Shown here one piece after another: positions 52,293 to 64,000 of a stretch of 64,000 bases of DNA. Both the position numbers and the translations under genes were made by a program. The stretch is from assembly GCF_000150275.1 (NCBI RefSeq), contig NW_002060947.1, forward strand, positions 728,695-792,694. The letters run 5' to 3'. Below the pieces are notes generated by a model that was not told the DNA's origin, did not search any database, and saw only the letters and a list, made by a program, of their open reading frames with translations. Each line of letters opens with the position of its first letter. The stretch's first letter is position 1. This stretch comes from Trichoplax adhaerens. Taxonomy: Eukaryota; Animalia; Placozoa.

Positions 52293-55200
52293 TGCGTCTT
52301 TTCAACGTTAGCACGATTTCTAGCATTTAATGGCATAAATTTGTAGCAATACTGTACAATAGCTCTTATTTTCTAGTACAGTTCAAATTCTTAATAATTG
52401 CACCAGTTTCGTTAATGTAATGTTGGAGATTCCATGCGCTTCATTTATTTTATTGGATAAAAGTCGATCTGAGAGCTTAATAAGTGGTATTCAATCAGAA
52501 TAAATTCATGAATCTTTAGAAATACTCAATAGAAATTTTAAATTATTAGAATTCATTCCAGAAGTTCATTTGAAAGTTGTAGTCATGCTGCATACTATTA
52601 AGGATTCTTAATAATTATAATTATCGACCTTATTATGTATTAATATACTGTACTATGTTGCAATAATTAATGATCATTTTCATTTCTTAAAATAATATCT
52701 GTTGTAATCACAGTGCAATAAATCCACCCTAATATTTGTTAGCGTACAAGATACAAACTGCAATATCATGAATATTAGCACCAAGCAATGTGAAACTTCA
52801 ATCTTTAATTTAGACTGCCAAATTTCATTATATCTTGTTTTCGTAAATAAGTATGCATATAAATTTTCTTAACGATAAGCCAATTAAATGTCATGAAAGT
52901 GAAATAAACTTAATAGATTGTGATATTTGAAAGTGTTCGATAGTAGTTACAGACTCTGCTACCTCCACATTTTTAGTTTTTCAAGACTGTTATTCAACAA
53001 CTATCTTAGTATACGTAATACGATATATGGGAAAAAAAATTTTTTGCGCTTTGTACCAATAATTCGCATATATTCATGTCGATTCATCATATTAATCAAA
53101 TAAATTACCGTAAAACTACTATTTGATCGAATAGTAAATTTGATCAGAATCTAGGATGTCTCATAATTTATGATATTTTTATAAAGTAGTCTAAGCTTTT
53201 TAGATTTAGCTTCATCGTTAAAAGCTGAATGTGACAGCTGGATATTTATGTTGCAAGTTACAATATATCATTTCGGAGAGTAAATATTAGATCACATGCA
53301 TTTTATTGGTAATCAAACCATGCGCATATGTATAATAGTACCATTAAATGACCGATATAGGACTGGCTCTACTTTTATTGCATTTCAATTCACTAGACAA
53401 CCTTTTCTTCTAATCGCTCTGATATAGAACGGTAGCTTAGCTACATGCTGTAGACTACTAAATTATTGTAGCATAAACTATACAGCATAGACTGAAATAT
53501 CGTTATCAGTCTTCTAGTTACATGAAGTATCACGAGTAAGGAAATGAACTAGTAGGTGTATATCCGAAAAATTATTTTATTTTTATGCTATCAGTTATAA
53601 TTAGAGAATTAGGTTAATTAATGAATATATCATAATTATAAATTTTTTCTTAACGTAAGTTTAAGGAGGTTAAGTGAAAGGATTACCGTTTTTTTCCAGA
53701 ATGTTAACTATAACGATATCTTATAATAGATTTGGTTATTAAGCTTTCTCACTCGGCCCCAGTCATCGTTATTATTTTTCGGTTACTGCATGGTTTTATA
53801 ACCTTTTAATTATACCCTAAATTAATACAATGTTTGCTTTATGTTTATTCTATCAGCAAAATAATACAGAATTCGAACGCAATAACCCTAACTTTAATCC
53901 TGATATCATAATGTTTGCATGTCTTTTAATGAAAATAAATTGCTTAAATTTCTACGTAATTATCTTTACTTAATAATAAAGGTACCATTATCAATAAGTC
54001 TTGTGAGAAAATTATTGCTGATTATATTATTATCAAGCAAGCGCAATTTTGTTATAATAGTTTACAAGTATTGAAGCCAGTATACAAGTAATTCGACATC
54101 CGCCTGCAACTTAGTCTAGGCGAATAATAATGAGATCAAATTAAACCGTAGTGCACCTGAGTTTGAGGAATAAAATTTTACTCTTAGTAAATGTTGAAGC
54201 ATATTTTGATAGCCTCATAGTTAAATTTTCATGTTCAATCGCGACTTAATACTGTACTTTGAAAATAACAACCTAATTAGTTTTAAAGTGACATACTGAC
54301 ATTTGAATGTTAAGCTTTGGATATTTATATATTAATAATCATCTTGTCGCCTGATCTACAGGAAACTAATATGCAACAAAGGGCTTTTATCTTAAGTTTT
54401 ATTAAGCAACTCTTTTTGTTCTCCCCAGAAACAAATTATTTGACCTTGAAAAAATTTGTTAATTTATAAATTAATACGAAATGAAATTTCTAGAATCCAG
54501 ACTTTATTATCAATTCTATTCCACTAATTTACGCATAATATATCGATATTCACGGTCAATATCCGGTACTTTCGCATTTATTTCGGTGAAAGCTGGATGT
54601 CTACCCTGAATTAAGTATATTTTCCAACCTAGATTTGAGCCAGTTTCTTCATATTTACTTTATTTTAGTATTTCTCATTTTTGCCTCAGTAATTATTATA
54701 ATGCTCACATACCAATTCTGTATGCCTTAATTTTAATATTATATAAACTAACGTACCAAGTCAAGTATATGCAGTTGTGCACATACAGTAAATCATATAT
54801 TGACATTAATATTATATTTTAAATAATTTAAAGAATATGTCTAGCTTTCGTGGCATCTCACTCGTGATCATACTACATACGCGTATATTAGTCATATGAG
54901 ATCCGCTGGCAAAGACATTACATTTATTGAATAAATACGATTGTTAGTGTTTTAACTGACGCAATATATAAAAATTTATCAATGTGCTCATTTGCCAAGT
55001 AATCAAACTCTGCAATACTACTAAGCACATTTCCACCGATTGAATTGCTTCGTATAGCTTCGTGCCAGCTGATCATTGGCTATCGCTGGAAAGCTGAGGC
55101 TAGCGCACATACCAAGACTTAAAAAAAAACAAAGATTAATATAAAAATGCAATACCTTAATCTAGTTCAACTCATTAACAGATTTATAAGTAATTTTACT

Positions 55201-55460
55201 TTTCCTTGCATCTAAATAAGCAATAGATAACAAGGTCAAAAGCTCCGTTATATCAATTACTTGGCGTATACTCTCCAAGCGTATTTCTTCATGTTTAAGT
55301 GGTAATTGCAATGAAAAGACTTTTCTTCTTTTAATTATTAGTTACGGAGCTTGAAGCTCTTTGATAATAGCTAGTAGCAATCAAAGATAGTAGAGTGACT
55401 GTAAAGATTATAATTAACCTTGAAAAATACTATCGTGTGATTAAAAATATTATTAAAGAT

Positions 55461-55998
55461 TGTTGTATTGTAGACAGCAATCCTCAATTGTTAATTGATT
55501 ATTATTAATACTAATGACTTTGAATTGAGCCATACTATACTGGTTATTAATTAATTATACCGAAGTCAGCAATATAACTAATTCAAGATGTGATATTGCA
55601 CCATTGTGGTGTGATAAATAATTTAACTTGCTAATTAATATTAACTAGCGAAATGTATTAATTAATACTCGGTCTAGTCTACAATAAGCCTGGATTGGGT
55701 ATTATATAATTTAATGTGACAGATTAGCAACGGGGAATTTGTGTGACATAGGAGATTGTATGTAAGCTTAATTGTTAATTTTAATCTCAGTACCTTTGAA
55801 ACTAGAGTACTCTGTTACTAAGTTGCAATAGCTAGTAATAAAATATTTATTTACCCAAACCTATCATTGGACTCGTTTTCTATAGTACTGTATAGGAATA
55901 AGCTAGCTTTCCTTTACTGAGATCTCCGGAGCTATTCGAGGAACCTTAAAGTGTAGATAGTTTAGTTTAGTAACGATCATTAAAGCAGTTTAGTAACA
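55461..55998 (+). mobile_element. Degenerate LTR-like element (5' boundary uncertain)
   Basis: 3' 80 bp similar to 21536-21612, ends GTAACA; AATAAAA near 55837; no TSD. Confidence 0.35.
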
Positions 55999-58911
55999 TT
56001 ATTATATATACTATATTACGCAGTGTTAGCGAAAATATAGGATAAAAATCAGTATTGGCATCCGGACTTATTACGCTAGCAATCATCTGCTAGTATAATA
56101 GTCCAAGCAATAGGTTACATATAATTTATCATTTTACAATCAATTCTTCTAATTTCCATTCTACTCTCTGCTCATTTGAGAGGTAGATCTCAACTAGTTG
56201 TTAATAGTTTTAATTGGCCATAAACCCCTATTTGAAGTTCTTTTGCTTACTATACAGCATTTACTTTAAGAAATGCTACCGTACTATATTGTAATGATCC
56301 GCTATGGATCAGTAGCGCTAATTATTTTAAAATCATTAATTATCGAAGCATTTGGACATAATATAATAAAATTCGCTTTCAGCTAAAACTCAATCCTAGG
56401 CGTACTGATTTGTGAATTACTGTATACCGACATTTAAAAGAAATGTGATGCTTGGTGCCAGCGGATTTTATTTCTATTATTTTGATTATGCTATCTTGTG
56501 TTAATTTTACTCAGGTATAAAAATTATAGAGTGAAATACTCACTAGATTACGTCTAATGACTAATAGTCCATATCTACAGCATAGCAGTCTAGACCAAAT
56601 CTCATGAATTAGACGGTGTTGAAATAAATGAAATAGTTTGAAAAAATTTAGCTCGACAACTAGCAAGCAGCCGATAATCGGATTGTTTGTTATTTATAAT
56701 TCCTCATAAACGGTCCTGATTTAAAATATTTGATTTCAGGATCTGAAGAGTAAATAAGTAATCGTAATAAAAAGTCAAAAGTTTATGAGAAAACCGGAAA
56801 TGATCGTTAGGTGATCACTTATATCTCGATACAGGACATTTATTCTATATTTAAGAGAAAAGCTAACAATAATGTATCTTCAGTATATTGCTATAAACAA
56901 TGAATTGATTAAATCGCTCAAATCTTTCATCAAGTTTATATTATGCAATGTAAGTGATGCAAATCAGTTATTGGGTAAGCTAATGCTGGGGTACAGTTTT
57001 TATTAAAATATCGATAATGTCTACGATGGTTAAATTAAAAGTCTCAGACAGGCTTTATAGGTATGTCATTATTGAAACTTTATTATTACTCCCTAGTTTA
57101 TTTGTACAATTATCAGCAAACGATCATCATTATGAAGTAGTGATCCCGCAGTTGGATCTGTCTATAAGAGTAATGTAGTACATAAACTGTAAAAATAGAG
57201 CTAATAAATAGATTGCAATAGGCTAAGGTAGGGGAAGAGACTGAATACGGGAAAGCGAATCCTGGAAATGTACGTATACAGTAAATAGATTAAACACTAC
57301 ATGAGTTAGCTTAAAAACTGGTAACGATAATTTTTGTCTTACATATTAAACCTTCATTTCTTATAAATGTTAGCTCATTTATTTAGCTACTCTTAGCGGA
57401 ATTGCTGTGCTGTATTATGATTTTGATATTGCAAGGATTGAGAGAGATTAATCTTTACATTAGCATTTTATGAGTAAATTTTTCGTTAATATATTAAACT
57501 TCAACTTGTGTTTTGTTCCGAGTACGGTATTGTGCTGCATATTCATGATTTAACTTCGATAATGCATTTGAAATAAATAGTATTTCAGAATCAAATGGGA
57601 AAACCGTTACAAAATTTCAGTTTAATCAACAATACTTGTTGAAGATGTTTTTCAGGCTATTTTGATGCATGCTGCATATTTATCCATGTATTTATCTATA
57701 CGCGTATAAATTAAGAAAAAAATTTAATTTTATCCCACACTATAGTTACTATTTAATAGTTAATTGTTACTGACGAATATTTGTTTCATTATTACGCTGT
57801 TTGATAGTGGAATAACATTTGTAATGGAATATGTATAGATTGCCATCAAAAATATATTATCAGTTAATATTAGATAAATTTTTATTGCATTTAGACTAAA
57901 ATTCGATCAAAAAGGCGATTTTAAGTGCCTTATCCGAGCCCATCTTGATTGAAAGGCTGGCGAGTTACGTGTTGCAAACAAAACTGAACACCAGTATCAA
58001 ATTAATTTATTGAGTTTTGTATTATTTTTTGGCTACAATAAAAGAAGTCTCTCAACTATTATAAAGTTAATCTTTTCAATAACATAGTTGAAATAGCCGA
58101 AATGATTTTACATTATTCTAAACTACAACAGAAAGGAACATCGCTTGAATTTTATATGCAAGGACAATAATTAGTAAAATCTTTCTAGAACGATAAGATT
58201 GCAGATAATATCGTAGAATATGAAACAAATATCACGACTTAACGATAAATTTCAAATTAGTCTATTCTTTTTGATTTGTGGTAAATAACGTCATAATATC
58301 ATTGTCTTAAGTAATAATTTCTATTTTAAATTTGTTACCTACTATTAGAATGACATTTTAACAAATTCGCTTTAGCTACTCTGTTTGAGGTAATAGGGCC
58401 ACAAACGATCCATTATTCATTTGCTTCATGTATGGATAAAATGAAGATAAATTTAGTAGGTGGGTTAATTAAAAAAGGCAGTAAATTAAGTTCAGTGTTA
58501 CTATGGATACTCGACTATTCTCGCTTTACGTCTGTTTCATTCATTAAATATCAATACACGTAATTAATCATTTCCTACTGAATTAAATAAATTATTACTT
58601 GGTCGATATTTTTGTCTCACTTTAATGTGCATTACATAATCGATATTATACGCTCATATAGCTTGTACTATCACATGAATGATCCCTCCGCCGTATTTTT
58701 ATCATAGTTTAGTAAAATTTTATCACATATCCGAAAGTACTTGTAAAATGGTTTAATTATGTAAGTTAAGTTTAGTAGTGTGATTTGTAGGGTAGGTTTA
58801 TTGTTGGTATATTACTCTATTCAGATTATCATTCAGATCTATTCTCATTACTAGCTTTTACGATGTTGTAATTTCTGCGTACTTTCTCATTTAGGGCCTC
58901 AATGATTTAAA

Positions 58912-60577
58912 ATGGATATAAACAATTTCGATAATCTTACTTACAACTGCAGTTCAAATATAGCAGATAATAATCTTGCTGTTGTGCCTACAACTTCAAA
59001 CAGTATCGCCATAACAACGTTTTACTTGATCGTAGCAATTTGTGCGATTACTTCCAACGGTTTCTTTATTTCTTATATGCTAATTCAATATAAAAAAATA
59101 ACTCCTCACGACGTCATAATCTTGAATTTATCTCTTTCCGATTTTTTTTATATAATATCATTGTAAGTATCAATATTCTTAAATTTTTTTAAGCATCACA
59201 AAATCTTGTTTATGGACATATAATTACCTTGATATTGGCATGATACGATTCTAATTTCTACAGATACCAATCTTGTATAAAAGCACAAAAAATTCAGATT
59301 AGGTCAATTATGCTATATCATGCTATATCATATTAAGCCTCGTAAGCCTGAAATATATAATAACGTACTATAGTTCACTCCTTAATTGCACCTAAATATT
59401 AACGTCGAATATATCATTTACTATATATTCTCCTTATTAAGCTCATAATTACAGAACTTTATTAAAATTAGATATGAAATGATAATCTAGAAGAAATCAT
59501 AAGCAAAGAATCTGTAAACAAGTACGGTACTGTTCTCACACATGCATTAAGTTTTCTCTGACTGGAATTTACCAATAAGATAAATTCTCCTCAATACTTA
59601 TAAAACTCACACCCGATAGGCTTCACATACTGTAAAAACAGTCAGTAAGTCCTTTCACTTTTTACTTTACAGTTTCCATACTAAATAATTCTGTGATTTA
59701 CTTTGATTGAAACATTGTCAATTGCTAATAAATAATATGTATCAATTTATACCATTACTTTAGAGGGTGGAATCTTCTTCCTATTACGTCGCTCTCTGTG
59801 AGTAAACCCATTTTCCCTCACAACACATTTTTATGCCGGCTAGCATTTTCATCGTTTGTTCTATCATTTTTCGTTAATATCTGCTTAATGGCATCGAGTG
59901 CAATGGTTAGCTATTACAAGATTGCTCAATTAAAGATAAAGTTCACATTATCTCGATCTTGGCTTATGGTAATTTTCGCCTATACCATCTCTATCGCGTT
60001 GCTGCTATTTCCAACATTAGGCTACTGGGCAAGAATTCCATATTTTCGTGGAGCTGGTTTGTGCATGATTGACTTTAGCCCATCAATCACAACAAATAAA
60101 GCCATTTTTCTATTTGGAATTATTTTTCCTCTACTTTTGTCGACCACGATTATTGTGGCATTATGCTATTATCAAATCTATAAAATAATTCACAAAAGCA
60201 ATAAAATTATATGTAATTATAACGCAGAAAATCATCCGTTGTCGAATTTATTTCGTCATCGAAATAAAAATATCAGGGGCTTTTCGAGGTACGATGTTAA
60301 ATTAGCAAAGACGCTTGGCGTTATATTTAGCTTATTTGTCTTATCATATGCACCTTACGCCCTAGCCAATATATTTTATTTTTTTGGCTGGGTTCGTATA
60401 ACTTTAACACAAGGATTGTATTTATTAATTATTTCATGCAGCAACAGCGTATTCAATCCTATCATACTGTATAGTCGGCGGCGTAAGCGTATTCAGAAAA
60501 GTAAGATTAAAGTGGTTAAACAAGTTAAAGGAAGTAGTAATCCACTCACGGTATCGACCAATAATTTAAAATTATGA
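58912..60577 (+). CDS. Class A orphan GPCR paralogue 6, ~354 aa; exons 58912-59162, 59764-60577
   Basis: NLSLSD; TT|GTAAGT...CTTTAG|A; GWNLLP..FLCRL; SYAPY; NSVFNP; likely 5'UTR intron 58761-58894. Confidence 0.9.
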
Positions 60578-63003
60578 ATCCAACCTATCTTATTAATTCC
60601 AGTATTATGTCCAATTGGAATTATCCAGTTATAGATTTTACCCTTCCCCCTTACATTTACATTTATGCCTACAGTTTGACTCTATTCTCGATCTACTTAA
60701 TCATTCATCCACTATTGATCTCTATAACTATTAATTAAACAAAAATATATATAAGATAATTGCAAGACGTCTCAATAAAGTATCTATATACGTATCATCC
60801 TAATTTATTGATTATTGATTTAATCAATTATGGAGGTAATGTGGATGACTGCATCCCATAAAAATCTACTGTCTTTAATAAGTTTATAATTTTCCAATAT
60901 ATAATTATTAACTGCAAATGATTAAATGAAGCCGCCTTTTATATATAGAGCAATATCATAAGCCCTCAAATCATAATGGTTTAAAAGTATGTTAATGAAA
61001 TTTCTCACGATTTTACGTAACGATATGGAAAAAATATTTAATTGCATAGGTAGAGTATTTTAAAGTATATTTTTAAAATGAAAAATTTTTACTTTTTTAT
61101 GAAAATCTTGATTCTTAAATTAATCATATTGCATATAGAAATGCTTAATCACTTATATAGCTAATAATTACAGTTTAATCTGTCATAAAATATCTTTAAG
61201 ATTTTGACCACAAGGTAATTAGTGTTAGGTCCAATTGTTGTACTAGTAATTGCTAGACAACGCATTTTATATGATATATCTTGTGGATCCATGGAATGGT
61301 ATCATTTACTTTATCAATGGCACCGCAATACTGGAATAACTGAAGCAGGAAAGTGTTGACAATATGTTGATGCCATTCATTATTATTATAACTATTTCTA
61401 AATAAATAGGATAGCTGTCAGTACTGCTGTACAAGTTTTCATTAAATCGATTCAGATCCACTTAATAACCCGATAATATTATAATCGGATATGAAATTAT
61501 TCTGGATAGAAGTATTGATTTTTAAAGTCGTAAAAATATTGTCCCTGACATAAATAATTTCTACTTTATTAACTAAAAGTTAAGTTATAACATATATCCT
61601 TCTAATCAATAGAGATATTGTCATTTTTATCATCCTTTATCTACACGTTAATACGGTATTGTAATCACAAATTGATTTCAGTATCTTGCTAACATTCAAT
61701 AAATTCTTTATTCTGTTTTAGATTTGTCAAGTGCTTAGTTACAAATGTTATGCAAAATAAAATTTCTTACTCACCACTTAATAAACAGTAGCGTAAACAT
61801 TATCTAGCGATAACTGACTAGGGATAGTTGTGTGCATTATCAAGACTCTCATGTGCTACTAGAAAAAGGCTAGAGTTAGGCTTAGGCAGAATACAACTTA
61901 GATACTCGTTCAGAAACTGATATTAGAAGGTTGATTCGGATTAGTAGGCAGGTATGACACTGATTGACGAATACTAAAGCACAAAACGTTTTCTACTGCC
62001 ATCTTAAGAATCATAGCCATGGATGTTATACTTATACTTCGTAGCTGATAACCTTGGCAATATATCAGTATTGGCGCTTTATTATCATCAAGGATAAAAA
62101 TGAAATCAGATGCAAAGATTCCTTAAGCCCTTAAAATTTGGTTTAGCCATTTTACTTTATTGCAGGTACCACAAAGCTATGTATTGAGATGTGCTAATGG
62201 TTGAATCGAGCAAACTTTGAGCGCATTAATACTCAACCAAGTGAACTATGTCATTAGTATGATTGTATATTAATTACTACGTTTAAAGAAAATTAGAAAC
62301 TGCGAGAGTAATGGGTATTTATGTCGTACTTTCCAGCATGTATTGTAGTAAATCGATTGTAGATGTAACTAAGTATGGTTATAGTCAAAAGCATCTAATG
62401 CATAGTATAGTCTGTCTAGGTAACACTACGTTTTTTTCTTGAGAAATTCCTAACAGAAATTATGTGAATATAAAAGTAGGGAAGCTATGGGTAAAGGAAA
62501 GCATTTATTTAAGTTGAATTCTCTATTACATCTCGTGTCGCTTAATCATGCTTTATACATAAGTATTATTATTACCAGCACACAATTGCGTCTGCGAAAT
62601 CAGTTCTCAGTAATCAATGTAGCGATACTGTTTAAATTTCCTATCATCTGTCATTCTGAGTGTAGTTTATGTTTAAATTTCTATTAGTTTCTTTATTATT
62701 TCCAGTAATTCCCTGTAGCGCTGTAAAATTAAATCGGTTGCAGTATTTTATTATTAAGCTACCAGTTTACCAAGGGGTATATAAATACGCCCGCTGAAGA
62801 TTTCCAGTTACTCACGTACAGTACATTGCTTGTTCTTTTTATTCATTTTTGCTTTATCTACTCACATATCAGACTATGTACTGTAATATGAAATATGCAT
62901 ACAAAATTTTTTATATAATATAGATTATTAGTTATATTTGTTTGTTTCTAGCAAATAGCTTTCAATTTGTAATCTATCCTATCTGTATTTTCGGATTGGC
63001 TCA

Positions 63004-64000
63004 TCATCTTCTTTTAAGGCCTAATAAGATACCATTTGCTGGTGATAAAGTAGATCCTGCTGTAATTTGCAAAGGTGTTTCGGTTTCGTTGACGGTCAGT
63101 AACTGAAAATTTTGTAAAATAGCCACTAGAGCGGCTCTCACTTCTAACAAGGCTAAACGTGTTCCAATACAATTTCGAGGACCACCGCCGAATGGAATAA
63201 AGGCCATAGGATGGTGTTTGATTTTTTCTTCCGGTGTGAATCTCTCAGGTATAAATTTTTCAGGATTAGGCCATATTTGAGGATTGTGATGGACTGCATA
63301 AATTGGAATAACTGCCATAATACCCTTAGGAATACGGATGCCATTAATGGTAGTATCTTTTCTAACATCACGATGTGCCATGTAACCAGCAGGATACAAC
63401 CGTAATGTTTCAGAAATGGTCATTTCTAAATAAGGCAAATTATTTAAGGTATCATAATTTACAGAGGTCGTATCAGGACAATTGGAATCAATTTCGTCGT
63501 GCAACTTGCGTTGTATTTCAGGGTTGGTCGCAATTAAATAAGATGCAAAGGCAATGGTATTTGCTGTTGTTTCATAGCCGGCTATAAGGAATACAAATGC
63601 TTGGCTTACGATTTCATCATCACTTAGTTTATCATTGTCCCCAGCTTCGATCATTTGCTGCAGAATATCTCTACGACAGGGTATCCCAGCTACCATAGAC
63701 TTTCTCCTCTCCTTGATGACACTTTTGACTGTTTTAGTTAAATAATCCATAGAATAGGTTATTTTTCCACCTAAGATTGGTTCTAGAATGCGAAATAGTG
63801 ATGGCATAAATATGATTAAAAACTGTAATAAACCAGGTAAACTTCTAAATAGCGTAGCAGCTGCTTCGGTTAATTTTTCTTCTTGCTCCTGTGACTCAAT
63901 TTCTATTCCAAATACGGTAGCAAGGATGACAGACATTGAAAACTTGCCACTTTGACGCCAAAAATCGATTGGTAAGCCTTTGGCTATCGCATCATCGCAA
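63004..64000 (-). CDS. Cytochrome P450, CYP3-clan-like; 5' part lies beyond the window
   Basis: I-helix AGYETT, K-helix ETLR, PERF, heme motif FGGGPRNCIG; frame stays open to the window edge (CDDAIAKGLPIDFWRQSGKFS-M). Confidence 0.95.
   Translation of the reverse strand, partial: CDDAIAKGLPIDFWRQSGKFSMSVILATVFGIEIESQEQEEKLTEAAATLFRSLPGLLQFLIIFMPSLFRILEPILGGKITYSMDYLTKTVKSVIKERRKSMVAGIPCRRDILQQMIEAGDNDKLSDDEIVSQAFVFLIAGYETTANTIAFASYLIATNPEIQRKLHDEIDSNCPDTTSVNYDTLNNLPYLEMTISETLRLYPAGYMAHRDVRKDTTINGIRIPKGIMAVIPIYAVHHNPQIWPNPEKFIPERFTPEEKIKHHPMAFIPFGGGPRNCIGTRLALLEVRAALVAILQNFQLLTVNETETPLQITAGSTLSPANGILLGLKRR

Noticed and set aside
10858-59166. Short 80-91 aa ORFs upstream of each GPCR ORF as separate small membrane proteins
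   Set aside because: They are first coding exons; their stops arise from reading through the phase-2 donor (xxG TAA/TGA).
754-63587. Remaining 60-96 aa ORFs in the track
   Set aside because: Antisense or overlapping real genes, inside repeats, or low-complexity AT-rich chance ORFs with no motifs.
1-64000. tRNA, rRNA or snRNA genes and autonomous transposon ORFs
   Set aside because: No recognisable RNA gene motifs and no RT, integrase, transposase or Rep/helicase frames seen by eye; a covariance-model scan would be needed to exclude small RNAs.

Overview
AT-rich eukaryotic genomic DNA with GT-AG introns. Composition, short introns and gene content suggest a compact basal-metazoan genome (placozoan/Trichoplax-like; inference only). 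Contents: (1) the 5' part of a minus-strand gene for a secreted or surface protein (signal peptide + IgGFc-binding/FCGBP-N domain + Ig domain); (2) a tandem array of six plus-strand class A (rhodopsin-like) GPCR paralogues sharing one phase-2 intron at the end of TM2, one of them with a CGA>TGA nonsense codon; (3) the 3' part of a minus-strand CYP3-clan cytochrome P450; (4) intergenic DNA rich in TG..CA solo-LTR-like elements with 5-bp TSDs (some nested), a non-autonomous Helitron and a 571-bp tandem duplication. The main novelty candidate is the GPCR subfamily: all six have lost the DRY arginine, W4.50, P5.50, W6.48 and the NPxxY tyrosine, and five carry a cysteine at 7.43, the position of the opsin retinal-binding lysine.
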